Shown here one piece after another: positions 6,518 through 15,654 of a DNA stretch of 37,455 bases; positions within the stretch are counted from its first letter, which is position 1, and each line of letters opens with the position of its first letter. This DNA comes from Candidatus Latescibacterota bacterium (lineage in GTDB: Bacteria; Latescibacterota; 4484-107; B68-G9), in contig QNCW01000002.1 in the NCBI GenBank assembly GCA_003645885.1, positions 1 to 37,455 on the forward strand, written 5' to 3'. Made by a program: the position numbers and the translations under genes. The notes under the pieces are model-generated. The model was not told the origin of the DNA. It was given only the letters and a program-made list of their open reading frames with translations, and ran no database searches.

Positions 6518-9382
6518 ATGTGGACGTTGACGGCACTCCTCTTGGTAGCACATGCCTCGGTTCCACCCACCTTCATCCCCAGCAGGAACTTCATAATGAA
6601 GCAGGTGGGGGGGTACGAAAACTACGCCTTCACGGGCTACGAGAACTACAAGACCATAAGGTATCCTTATGTCACCTCGAAGAGGCCGATCTACGACCCC
6701 ATGGGCGACTTCCTGATGAGGGGCATAGATGTCTACTCATGGATAGAGAGGAGGGGGGAGGGATGGGCGTACACGAGGATAAGGAAACCTGCGGTATACA
6801 GGACGATATTCGACTACGTGATCATAGGCTCGGACAGTTGGGGAAGTTCATCAGGGAAGATTATAGTGGCCAACGAGATAAGGACCAAGTTCACTCCCCT
6901 AACCTTCAACCAGGCCCAGTTCAACGGCATAAGGGCTGACATAGCAACCGAAGACGACAGGGCCAGCTTCATCCTTTCCCGTTTCACGAGGCCGATATTC
7001 GCTGGCAGGTATTCCACCGGAGAGGGGTTCTACCCACCGGACATGGGGCTGCTTTTAGGTGGCCACTGGGAGAGGCAGGTGGGGGTGATGACCCTGGGTG
7101 CCACCTTCTACAACGCCCACACCTACGATCGTATGTCCTCCCCAGGGGAGGGAGACTTCGTCAGGGGGACCATAAACCAGAACATACCGGTCCCGATGAT
7201 CGTAGCTGTCAGGGTATCGGACGACTCGCCGGAAGACGGGACGGGGCCGGTTGTGTTCGACGTTAGGGTTTACATAAACGGCCGGATCAGGCCCGACGTC
7301 AGGCCGGACGTTATAAAGAGGGATTCCAGGCAAAACTACACGGCCATATGGGAGAAGGACCCCTCGGACCCGACCGGCAAGACCTTCAGGAGGAAGGGCC
7401 AATACGCCCTGTTCGTCCCGGCGGGGTACTTCCAGTGGAACAGGGAGAGGTTCAGGGGATGGGAATATCCCCTCTACGCCGATTACTTGTACCGCATGGA
7501 CATAGAGAGGGGAGAGATATCCCCCGAGGAGATAGCTAATCCAGCCGACCCCAACGAGATGCTCAGGAGGTTCCAGCTCGTAAGGGATTTCCCCATGAGG
7601 GCGGACGGGTACGATGTCCTTATGTTCTACCTGGACCTCTCGAGGCTCGGGGAGGATTATATAAGTTCCGTGAGGATGGACCTGCTTATCGGCAACGATT
7701 ACAGGATAGATATATCCACGATAGGGGCCTCCCAGAGCTTGAGCGAGAAGAGCTTCTACAAGAGGGGGTACACAGAAAGGTACCAGCCCAGCTACTACCA
7801 GCTCGTAAGGAGGGCGCCGGGTAATGTGAAGGACCTTTCGAACGTCGGGTGGGTGAGGGTGGAGATAGGGCACCAGACGGGCCTTACGGTGCGGAGCCTG
7901 AACTTCCATGCGAACTTCAGGGGGCTCGAGGTGAACGCAGAATATGCAAGTAGCACCCTCTACTTCCAGTACCCGGACGGAAGGCCGGCCCCCCAGACCG
8001 AGGACGAGAGGAAGGCGAGACAAGGTAACATATATTCCAGGAAGAGGCTGGGCGGAAGGTGGAAGATGGACGGGAAGGCTTATTACCTCAACCTCCACAA
8101 GGAGGGGAGGAGGTTCGGGTTCGGCTTCGAGTACTTCTACATGGGTCCTTACTACACGACCACGATAGTGACCTACAACAGCTACGCAGGGGCTGGAGTC
8201 CTGAGCTCCAGGCAGTTCGCACCTTGGGATTTCGTGGAGGACAACGACGACAACGACAGGTTCCCGGACCTGAACTCCCCAGACCCGGTGCCCGGCATAG
8301 GAAGCCACGGGTACGAGCCGGACGGGGTCTTCCCCGGCAAGGACGAGGACAAGGACGGCATCCCCGACACGAACAGGAACGGCAACGACCTGCCGGACTA
8401 CGTTGAACCCTTCCTGATGTACTACGTGGAGCCGGACGAGTACGCATACGGCAGGGACATGAACAACAACGGGGTGATAGATGTCAGGGAGGACGACAGG
8501 AAGCCCGAATATCCTTACGACCCGGACAGGAAGGGATACCACGTGTACCTGAGGCTGAGCCCGACCCGATTTTTAAGCCTGACCCTGGGCAGGCTCGACA
8601 GCAGGGAGGTGGCGGGAGGAGGGGTGAACAAGGTCAACTATGCTAAGCTCACCCTGGACGTGGCCAAAACCGGTATGGGAAGGGTCTTCGCCGAGTTGAA
8701 GTTGAAGGACGTGCGGGACGACATAAGGGACGATGTGTTCAAGTACTCCGAAAAGCCAGGTGGGGTCTACGACCCCATGACCGGATACGGTGCGCTCTAC
8801 AAGGCCACGTACACCGAGGACCCCTTAGACTATAGGGACAGCTTCGTGAGGACCTTGTACGTATCTGCGGACGTGACCCCCGTCCAGGGGCTAAACTTCC
8901 ACGCAAGCTTGAAGGAGGAGCTGAACGACCAAAGGTGGCTGTCCGACAGGGTGGGGTTGACAGCGGCCGTGAGCAGGATGGACTACACCTTCTGCTTGGG
9001 CGGGCTTAAGGTGACCCCTGCCTTCAAGCTGCAGTGGCTCAAGAAGACGAGGAAGAGCACGAGGGTTCCCCTCATGCACGAGGTCAGGCTTGTGCCCATC
9101 TTGAGGTTGAAGTACCAGCTCGCTCCGAAGGTGGCCATCAGGTTCGGGGCTCAGGGGTTCCCCGGGCTGGAGCACAGGTTCCTGAACTTCACCGAGGGGA
9201 GGAAGAACTTCAGGGAGAAGACCTACATCTTGGACTTCGTCAGCTCCTCGGAGTACTGGGGATACAAGGTATGGATGAACTTCGGACTCAAGTTCGAACA
9301 GAAGGAGTTCGACGACCCCTTCAGGAAGGTCGATAACGTCAAGTACGCTTCCTACTTCGCAAGGGTGGTATTAAGTTACTGA
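6518..9382 (+). CDS. Large predicted outer-membrane protein, paralog C (954 aa), with thrombospondin-type-3-like Asp-rich repeats
   Basis: ATG preceded by AAGGGGG. Signal peptide MWTLTALLLVAHASV. Duplicated YENY box (YENYAFTGYENYK). Acidic cassette at 8234-8527. Ends in ...ARVVLSY (aromatic terminal residue, OMP beta-signal-like). Confidence 0.88.
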   Translation: MWTLTALLLVAHASVPPTFIPSRNFIMKQVGGYENYAFTGYENYKTIRYPYVTSKRPIYDPMGDFLMRGIDVYSWIERRGEGWAYTRIRKPAVYRTIFDYVIIGSDSWGSSSGKIIVANEIRTKFTPLTFNQAQFNGIRADIATEDDRASFILSRFTRPIFAGRYSTGEGFYPPDMGLLLGGHWERQVGVMTLGATFYNAHTYDRMSSPGEGDFVRGTINQNIPVPMIVAVRVSDDSPEDGTGPVVFDVRVYINGRIRPDVRPDVIKRDSRQNYTAIWEKDPSDPTGKTFRRKGQYALFVPAGYFQWNRERFRGWEYPLYADYLYRMDIERGEISPEEIANPADPNEMLRRFQLVRDFPMRADGYDVLMFYLDLSRLGEDYISSVRMDLLIGNDYRIDISTIGASQSLSEKSFYKRGYTERYQPSYYQLVRRAPGNVKDLSNVGWVRVEIGHQTGLTVRSLNFHANFRGLEVNAEYASSTLYFQYPDGRPAPQTEDERKARQGNIYSRKRLGGRWKMDGKAYYLNLHKEGRRFGFGFEYFYMGPYYTTTIVTYNSYAGAGVLSSRQFAPWDFVEDNDDNDRFPDLNSPDPVPGIGSHGYEPDGVFPGKDEDKDGIPDTNRNGNDLPDYVEPFLMYYVEPDEYAYGRDMNNNGVIDVREDDRKPEYPYDPDRKGYHVYLRLSPTRFLSLTLGRLDSREVAGGGVNKVNYAKLTLDVAKTGMGRVFAELKLKDVRDDIRDDVFKYSEKPGGVYDPMTGYGALYKATYTEDPLDYRDSFVRTLYVSADVTPVQGLNFHASLKEELNDQRWLSDRVGLTAAVSRMDYTFCLGGLKVTPAFKLQWLKKTRKSTRVPLMHEVRLVPILRLKYQLAPKVAIRFGAQGFPGLEHRFLNFTEGRKNFREKTYILDFVSSSEYWGYKVWMNFGLKFEQKEFDDPFRKVDNVKYASYFARVVLSY

Positions 9383-9392
9383 TGGAGGGGAG

Positions 9393-12300
9393 ATGGCAAA
9401 GTTAATGACCGCCCTCCTGGTCGTGGTCACGGTTGTGCTGACGAGGTTCGCTCCGACCGCTGACGAGCTTAAGGCTTACTTCGAGCAGGCCCAGAAGTTC
9501 TACGCCTCCGGAGCGTACGAGCAGGCCCTGGACAAGTACAGGAAGATAATAGAGGTCGAAAGCAGGTTCATAGATAAGTCCAAGGTGTTGGTCTCGGTCG
9601 GAGGGATGGATGTCCCGGTCGACGAGGCCGCCCTCTACCAGTCCGGCAACTGCTACTTCAAGCTCTTCGTCGAGGCCAAGGACAGGGCAGAGGGTACCTT
9701 CGACCCGGAGGAACGCAGGAGGTACGAGGCCGAGGCCCGTAGGTACCTGGACCTTTCCATATCCTCCTTCTCCGAGGTCGAATCCAAGGCGAGCGATACG
9801 AAGCTCAGGGCCCTGGCCCAGAAGAGGCTCGTGGACCTCCTTTATCACGATGGAAGGTACAAGGAAGTGGTGGAGCAGGCCGAAAGGCTTATGGCGAGGT
9901 ACCCCACCAGCGAATACGTCGTAGATGCCCTTTACAACATAGGATGGAGTTACTTCAAGATGGGGGATTACCAAAGGAGCATCCAGACCTTCGAGGAACT
10001 GGTCAGGAGGTTCCCTGAGGATTACAGGACCGACAGGGCCCTGTTCCAGGTGGGCGAGTGTTACTACAGACAGGGCAAGTACGACCTCGCCTCCGAGTAC
10101 TACCGGAGGATAGTGGAGAAGTATAGGATAGAGGAGCTGACCGAGCAGGAGATCCAGAGGATGGAGAGGGAGAAGCTCGCAGGGCTGGTGGACGAGACGG
10201 CGTTGGAGCTTGCCGGAAAGGCCCAGCTGAGGGTGGGGGATTGTTACGCCCAGCTCGGCGAGCTTAGGAAGGCGGCCGAGGTCTACGGAAAGGCGGCCAA
10301 GGTGTTCGGAAGGTACAGGTGGGTGGTGGAGCAAGCTTACATAAGGCTGGCCGATGCGTACCTCGAAAGGGGGGAAGTGGAGGCAGCGGCGGATGTGTAC
10401 AGGGATGCGATAGATAGGGTCGAGGATAAGTTCTTCAAGGCGAAGATGCAGGCCCTGGTGGCGAAGCTATATTACGATGCCGGGAAGTTCGAGGAGGCGA
10501 TCAGGGAGTACGACCTCTACATGAGGGCGTACGGGGAGGTGGCGGATAGGACCCAGCTTTCTTTGGCGGAGGCGGAATATAAGATAGGAAGGGCGTTCTT
10601 CGAGATGGGTAAGAAGCTCGACTCGTCCGAGGAGTACGAGGAGGCCATATCGCACTACACGAGGATACTCGAGAAATGGCCGGAAAGCAGGATGGTGGTC
10701 GCAGCCAAGTTCAACATAGCCCTCTGTAAGCAGATGATGGGAAGGTTGAGGGAGGCGCTGGAGGGGTTCTCCTCCATAGTGGACGAGCACCCCAAGGACG
10801 AGTACGTGCCCAACTGCCTGCTCCAGATGGCGAGGATACACTGCGAGCTTGGGGAGTACGAGGAATCCATGAAGTTATACAGGAAGCTTTCTTCGTCTTT
10901 CCCCGACTTCATGAGGGATGCCGTCCGCTTCGAGCTCGGCCTGGTGCTGAAGAAGATGGGCAGGACAGAGGAAGCTGTGGAGATGTGCCTTAAGGTCGGC
11001 CCGGAGTCCGAGCTTTACCCCAAGGCGGTCTTAGAGGCGGGGCAGATGTTGATATCCCTGGGGAAGTTCGAGAGGGCGGTGGACGTGGTTAAGGGGGCGA
11101 TCGGGAGGCTCGGAGGGGAATGGAGGGTGAAGGCTTACTACGTCCTGGGCAAGGCCCTGATGGGCATGAAGGAGTACGAAGGGGCGATAGAAGCCTTCAC
11201 GGAGGTCGCAGATGGGACCGAGGAGGGAAGGCTCCGGCAGAGCGCTATCTACGGAAGAGGGGTGGCGTACTTCTCTTTGGGGAAGTACAGGCAGGCCCAG
11301 GAGGATTTCTCCCTCCTGCTGGAAAGCGAGGATGTGAAGATAAGGTACTCCTCGAGGAAGCTGCTGGGGATGGCGCTCATACGCCAGGGGAAGGAGAGGG
11401 ATGCCATAGGCCACATAGAGAAGTTGATATCCCTGACGTCCGACCCATACGCCAAGGCGGAGTATATGCTGTTGCTCTCCGAACTGCTCTATGGGGCTGG
11501 GGACTACGAAAAGATGATAGAAATATGCGAGGAGATAATTCACATGGGCCTGGGCGACAGGAAGACCGAACTTCCTTACTACCTCAACGAGAAGGCATAT
11601 TTCCTCCTGGGGGAGGGGTACTCGAAGCTCGGAGACTACGACATGGCGGCCAGGACCTACGCCGAGGGCCTGAAGAAGTACCCGGATGGTTACTATTCCG
11701 GGGATATGCTATTCGGCCTCGCATTCTCGCACTTCCAGTGCGGCAGGATGTACGATGCTGCCATCTGCTTCGAGAGGTTCCTATCCGAACATCCCGACGA
11801 CGCTAACTCCCCGTATGCCAAGTACTACTTGGGATATGCCTTTTTTAACCAGTCCGTCTTCGACAGGGCGGCTGAAACCTTCGCTGACCTCGGCCTGAAG
11901 TTTCCCAAGCTCGAGATATCCCCCGACGCCCTCTTCAGGGCGGGCGAGAGCTACTTCAACTTGGGCAAGTTCGAACTTGCTTTGGACTTCTACAGGAAGG
12001 TGGTCGAGGGCTATCCTCGCTCCCCCCAGGCGGACGATGCGCTCTACAGCATGGCATGGGCGTTCCTGGAAGAGGGGAAGGACGATAAGGCGGTGGAGTG
12101 TTTCGAGAGGCTGCTGAGGGAGTTTCCCGAAAGCGAGTTCTGCCCGTATGCAAGGTTCAGCTTGGGGGACTACTACTACAACTTGGGGGAGTACAGGAGG
12201 GCGTTCGAGGAGTACAGCAGGGTTCTGAAGGACTATCCTGACGAGGAGGTAGCCTCCAAAGTTCCCGAGATACTCGACGACCTGAGGGAGGTCGTGGCCT

Positions 12301-12599
12301 ACCAGGACTACGAGAAGGCCAGGGATGTGTTCAGGGAGGCCCTGGCAAGCAAGGACCTGGAGAAGTTCGAGGAGGCGGCGAGGCTCTTCCAGGAGATAGT
12401 CCGAAAGCACCCCGGCACGGAAAGCGCTGTCGGCGCCCTGAGCAACATGGGGATATGTTACGAGTACCTAAAGAATTGGAAGCGAGCCGTCTCGGTCTAC
12501 GACAGGGTGATAGCGATGTACGAGCAGGGGAAGGCCAGCCCTGAGGCCTACAGGTTCGCAAAGGCACACAGGGATTGGATAGTCGCAAACAGGCTCTGA
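9393..12599 (+). CDS. Membrane-anchored or secreted tetratricopeptide-repeat (TPR) protein, 1068 aa
   Basis: ATG preceded by GGAGGGG. N-terminal hydrophobic helix MAKLMTALLVVVTVVLT. The rest is repeated 34-aa-type units with the A..Y......G.Y..A...F..... signature (e.g. ALYNIGWSYFKMGDYQRSIQTFEELVRRFP, ALFQVGECYYRQGKYDLASEYYRRIVEKY, ALYSMAWAFLEEGKDDKAVECFERLLREFP). Confidence 0.9.
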   Translation: MAKLMTALLVVVTVVLTRFAPTADELKAYFEQAQKFYASGAYEQALDKYRKIIEVESRFIDKSKVLVSVGGMDVPVDEAALYQSGNCYFKLFVEAKDRAEGTFDPEERRRYEAEARRYLDLSISSFSEVESKASDTKLRALAQKRLVDLLYHDGRYKEVVEQAERLMARYPTSEYVVDALYNIGWSYFKMGDYQRSIQTFEELVRRFPEDYRTDRALFQVGECYYRQGKYDLASEYYRRIVEKYRIEELTEQEIQRMEREKLAGLVDETALELAGKAQLRVGDCYAQLGELRKAAEVYGKAAKVFGRYRWVVEQAYIRLADAYLERGEVEAAADVYRDAIDRVEDKFFKAKMQALVAKLYYDAGKFEEAIREYDLYMRAYGEVADRTQLSLAEAEYKIGRAFFEMGKKLDSSEEYEEAISHYTRILEKWPESRMVVAAKFNIALCKQMMGRLREALEGFSSIVDEHPKDEYVPNCLLQMARIHCELGEYEESMKLYRKLSSSFPDFMRDAVRFELGLVLKKMGRTEEAVEMCLKVGPESELYPKAVLEAGQMLISLGKFERAVDVVKGAIGRLGGEWRVKAYYVLGKALMGMKEYEGAIEAFTEVADGTEEGRLRQSAIYGRGVAYFSLGKYRQAQEDFSLLLESEDVKIRYSSRKLLGMALIRQGKERDAIGHIEKLISLTSDPYAKAEYMLLLSELLYGAGDYEKMIEICEEIIHMGLGDRKTELPYYLNEKAYFLLGEGYSKLGDYDMAARTYAEGLKKYPDGYYSGDMLFGLAFSHFQCGRMYDAAICFERFLSEHPDDANSPYAKYYLGYAFFNQSVFDRAAETFADLGLKFPKLEISPDALFRAGESYFNLGKFELALDFYRKVVEGYPRSPQADDALYSMAWAFLEEGKDDKAVECFERLLREFPESEFCPYARFSLGDYYYNLGEYRRAFEEYSRVLKDYPDEEVASKVPEILDDLREVVAYQDYEKARDVFREALASKDLEKFEEAARLFQEIVRKHPGTESAVGALSNMGICYEYLKNWKRAVSVYDRVIAMYEQGKASPEAYRFAKAHRDWIVANRL

Positions 12600-12600
12600 T

Positions 12601-13089
12601 ATGTCATCCTTGATCTTAGGATTTCTCCTCGCCCTCGGGACCTGGGCGGAGGAGGACATATTCCGGAAGAAGCCGGTCACAAGGGAGGAGGCCGTAAAGC
12701 TTTCGGCCATCTTCCCCGGGATCGGGCAGATATCTTCGGGCCACAGGCTGAAAGGTACGGTATTTTTCGTCCTCGAGGTCGCCTCCATAACGGGCACCTT
12801 CCACGCCCACGAGACTTACAGGACCAAGCTCTCGAAGTTCGAGCAGGCTAAGGAGGAATACCTAAGCTCGAGGAGCTACAGCGAAGCCGAGGAGAGGTGG
12901 AGGAAGCTTTCTCGACAGAAGGAGGAGCTGGACAGGCTGAGGAGGACGAGGTACGCCCTGGCATGTTCCTGCCTGGGCGTGTACTTCCTCAGCCTCCTGG
13001 ATGCGGCATTCATCAGCTCCTACGAGGTCTCCCTCGAGCCGGTGAGGATCAAGGATGCCTTGGGGATAACCTTGGAGGTGCGATGGTAA
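12601..13089 (+). CDS. Small two-TM membrane protein with a central coiled-coil (DUF5683-like PG(I/L)GQ motif)
   Basis: Starts 1 nt after the TPR gene stop. Signal-like N-terminus. FPGIGQISSGHRLKGTVFFVLEVASITG hydrophobic segment, charged helical middle (EEYLSSRSYSEAEERWRKLSRQKEELDRLRR), and a second hydrophobic segment ALACSCLGVYFLSLLDAAFI. Confidence 0.7.
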   Translation: MSSLILGFLLALGTWAEEDIFRKKPVTREEAVKLSAIFPGIGQISSGHRLKGTVFFVLEVASITGTFHAHETYRTKLSKFEQAKEEYLSSRSYSEAEERWRKLSRQKEELDRLRRTRYALACSCLGVYFLSLLDAAFISSYEVSLEPVRIKDALGITLEVRW

Positions 13090-15644
13090 AGCTGATCTTG
13101 ATCATGCTGGGGTTATCGTCGGCCGAGCCCGGGCTTGTAGCCCATTGGAGCTTCGACGAGGGTTCGGGTTCGATCGCCCACGATGGGAGCGGAAACGGGA
13201 ACCACGGAACCTTGGTAAACTCCCCCTCCTGGGTCGAGGGGGTGAAGGGATATGCACTTAATTTCGACGGCACTAACTACATCGAGGTTCCACCTTCCCA
13301 GTCCATTAACTCCATAACCTCACAGATAACTATAACCGCCTGGATAAAGTCCGACTTTCGAAGCAGAGGGGCGATCGTAGCCAACTGGTACTACGACAAG
13401 AGCGTAACTCCAGCGATCGGGGAGAGAGCGTTCGTCTGCACGGCCCTCGGAGGTGAAAACGCCGGAAAGTTCGACTTCGGTTTGAGCCCCAGAGGGGATG
13501 GGAAGGGGTCGGTCTGGATAACGACCAGAGATCCCGTGAGCCCGGAAAGATGGGTGCACGTCGCCTTCGTGAGCGACGGCTCTACGATGGCCATATACGT
13601 GGATGGTGAGTTGGAGGCATCGGCCGACGCACCGTCGTCCATCCACGTACCTGGCCGTCCCATATACATAGGTGTATGGAATGCGAAGGAGGCAACAGGT
13701 CCGGAACTTTCGGATTACTTCAGGGGCTCTATGGACGAAGTAAAGATATACAACGTGGCGCTCAGCCACGAGGAGATATGGAGGGAGTACTCGGACGTCG
13801 CAGGTGCTGGCAACATATCTGGGACGGTGAAGGACCTCACCGGCGCCCCCATACAGGGCGCCTCGGTCGAGTGCGGGCCGATCTCGGTGTCCACCGACAG
13901 TGAGGGACGTTACCTTCTGGAGCATGTCCCCAGCGGGACTCGCACTGTGATCGTCAGGAAGTCCGGTTACAAGCCCGTGATAGCGCAGGTGGAGGTGGTA
14001 AGCGGGGAGACCTCGGAGCAGGACTTCGAGATGGCGCCGGGAAGCGAGGTCGTATATGTTGCCACGGACGGGACCGGGGACTACAACTGCGACGGGGTAG
14101 ACGACCACGTCGAGATCAACCTGGCCATATCATCGGTCGAGGCTATGGGAGGTGGGACAGTCCACATCAAGGCCGGCACTTACGTAATAAACGACGCCAT
14201 AGTGCTCTGCAGCAACCTCAACCTCCAGGGCGATGGGGAGGAGGTCACTGTCATCAAGCTCAGGGACCAGAACAACAGGAGGAACTGGGCTCTATTTACG
14301 GGTTCTGGAGTGTCGCAGGTGGTGGTCAGGGACATCACCGTAGATGGGAACAAGCATAACCAGACCGGAGTGGGGATAAACGGGGACGTGGACGGGTTCA
14401 GGATATACAACTCCTCCGAGGTGGAAATATACGATGTGAGCTTGGTCGACTTCTGGACGGACGGGTTCGAGTTCTCCAGGTCCGTGGATTGCAGGGTAGA
14501 GGACTGTAAGGTGATACAGTGCGGTCACGAGGGCCTGAGGGCCATATACTGCGAGAACATAACCTTCTGCCGTAACTACGTACATTCCGAGGGCACTGGG
14601 AACGCTGGCGTCAGGATATACGAATCCAGCGGATGCGTAGTGGAGGACAACTACTTCAACGTTTACGGCTTCGGGGTCCTCATAAACCCCCAGGGTGGGG
14701 TCCCATGTGGGAACAACATATACAGGGGCAACTACATCGAAGGACACTACGGACTTCCAGGGATAGCTGTATATGCCTACGATACCCCTATCTCGGGGGA
14801 GAGGTTCGTGGGGAACATAATAGCGAGGGTGGACGGCCACCAGGAGGACTGCGGACACGGCATAGCACTGAAGACCTTGGAGAATGGAAGTTTGAGGGAC
14901 ATAAGGATAGTGAACAACGTCATAAACGATGCGATAAAGTCCGGGATATATGTGGAACCGGGCTCCGATGCTGAGGGGATAGTGGCCAAGAACAACATAA
15001 TAGTGAGATGCAAGGAGTACGGGATATACGGGGATGTGGCGTCCTCGTACAACGATTTATGGGATAACCTCTTGGGAAACTACGGAGGAGGGGCATCCCC
15101 AGGTGTGGGCGACATCTCCGCCGATCCCCTCTTCTCCGACCCGGGCAGGGACTTCCACCTCAAGAGCAGGTGGGGAAGGTGGAACGGAACTGAGTGGGTC
15201 GAGGACGACACCACCTCCCCATGCATAGATGCGGGTGACCCTGCCGACGACTTCTCGAAGGAGCCCCAGCCCAACGGTGGCAGGATAAACATGGGTGCGT
15301 ACGGCAACACGGCCGAGGCATCGAAGTCCCGAGGGACCTGGGTCGAGGAGGAAGGGGTGGTGCCGGATGGTTTCAGGCTCTGCCTGAACTTTCCGAATCC
15401 CTTCAACAGGAGCACCGCCGTAGTCTATTCCGTGGCTGAGGAGGGCGAAGTAAAGCTAGAGGTATACAACTTGCTCGGTAGGAAGGTCAGGGTGCTCGTC
15501 GAGGGTAGATTGAAGCCGGGCTGTTATCTTTCGACCTGGGATGGGAAGGACGATCGGGGCAGGGAGCTTTGTTCGGGCGTTTACTTGCTGGTGCTCGATG
15601 CCGGGGGCGTGAGGGACGTGAGGAAGGTGCTGATGGTCAAGTAG
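13083..15644 (+). CDS. Secreted multidomain protein: LamG/concanavalin-like + CarboxypepD_reg-like + right-handed parallel beta-helix + T9SS C-terminal sorting domain (853 aa)
   Basis: ATG at 13083 (GGAGGTG upstream, ATGGTAA overlap with the previous stop) yields the signal peptide MVKLILIMLGLSSAEP. The 12897 start in the ORF track would overlap the preceding gene. LVAHWSFDEGSGSIAHDGSGNGNHGTL...YALNFDG...MDEVKIYNVALS is the Laminin_G_3 pattern. ISGTVKDLTGAPIQGASVEC...SEGRYLLEHVPSGTRTVIVRKSGY is CarboxypepD_reg-like. GTVHIKAGTYVINDAIVL plus repeated N/G/I-rich coils and DPLFSDPGRDFHLKS...SPCIDAGDP indicate a beta-helix. Confidence 0.85.
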   Translation: MVKLILIMLGLSSAEPGLVAHWSFDEGSGSIAHDGSGNGNHGTLVNSPSWVEGVKGYALNFDGTNYIEVPPSQSINSITSQITITAWIKSDFRSRGAIVANWYYDKSVTPAIGERAFVCTALGGENAGKFDFGLSPRGDGKGSVWITTRDPVSPERWVHVAFVSDGSTMAIYVDGELEASADAPSSIHVPGRPIYIGVWNAKEATGPELSDYFRGSMDEVKIYNVALSHEEIWREYSDVAGAGNISGTVKDLTGAPIQGASVECGPISVSTDSEGRYLLEHVPSGTRTVIVRKSGYKPVIAQVEVVSGETSEQDFEMAPGSEVVYVATDGTGDYNCDGVDDHVEINLAISSVEAMGGGTVHIKAGTYVINDAIVLCSNLNLQGDGEEVTVIKLRDQNNRRNWALFTGSGVSQVVVRDITVDGNKHNQTGVGINGDVDGFRIYNSSEVEIYDVSLVDFWTDGFEFSRSVDCRVEDCKVIQCGHEGLRAIYCENITFCRNYVHSEGTGNAGVRIYESSGCVVEDNYFNVYGFGVLINPQGGVPCGNNIYRGNYIEGHYGLPGIAVYAYDTPISGERFVGNIIARVDGHQEDCGHGIALKTLENGSLRDIRIVNNVINDAIKSGIYVEPGSDAEGIVAKNNIIVRCKEYGIYGDVASSYNDLWDNLLGNYGGGASPGVGDISADPLFSDPGRDFHLKSRWGRWNGTEWVEDDTTSPCIDAGDPADDFSKEPQPNGGRINMGAYGNTAEASKSRGTWVEEEGVVPDGFRLCLNFPNPFNRSTAVVYSVAEEGEVKLEVYNLLGRKVRVLVEGRLKPGCYLSTWDGKDDRGRELCSGVYLLVLDAGGVRDVRKVLMVK
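15372..15641 (+). other. Por/T9SS-type C-terminal sorting domain of the 13083-15644 protein
   Basis: FRLCLNFPNPFNRSTAVVYSVAEEGEVKLEVYNLLGRKVRVLVEGRLKPGCYLSTWDGKDDRGRELCSGVYLLVLDAGG matches the PNPFN...(V/I)Y(N/D)(L/I)LGR.V....G.....WDG.D..G....SGVY pattern of TIGR04183-type tails (from memory). Confidence 0.8.
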
Positions 15645-15654
15645 AGGAGGGCAA

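Noticed and set aside
7055-8542. 495-aa minus-strand ORF, together with similar ones at 3088-3957, 9402-10334, 16744-17787, 18601-19521 and 31425-32231
   Set aside because: All are antisense to motif-supported + strand genes and share the same shadow composition.
591-9382. Interpreting the three large OM proteins as TonB-dependent receptors (SusC-like) because of the adjacent ExbBD genes
   Set aside because: I see no plug-domain-like N-terminus, no classical TonB box and no TBDT C-terminal signature, and the mid-protein acidic cassette is foreign to TBDTs. This is not fully excluded without an HMM search, so it is listed as a refutation test instead.
12897-13082. N-terminal extensions proposed by the ORF track (also 5822, 19457, 20680, 21439, 23486, 24645, 30352, 31107 and 32057)
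   Set aside because: The extensions overlap the preceding gene in another frame and encode non-hydrophobic junk. Internal ATG/GTG/TTG starts with GGAGG-type SDs give proper signal peptides or canonical family N-termini.
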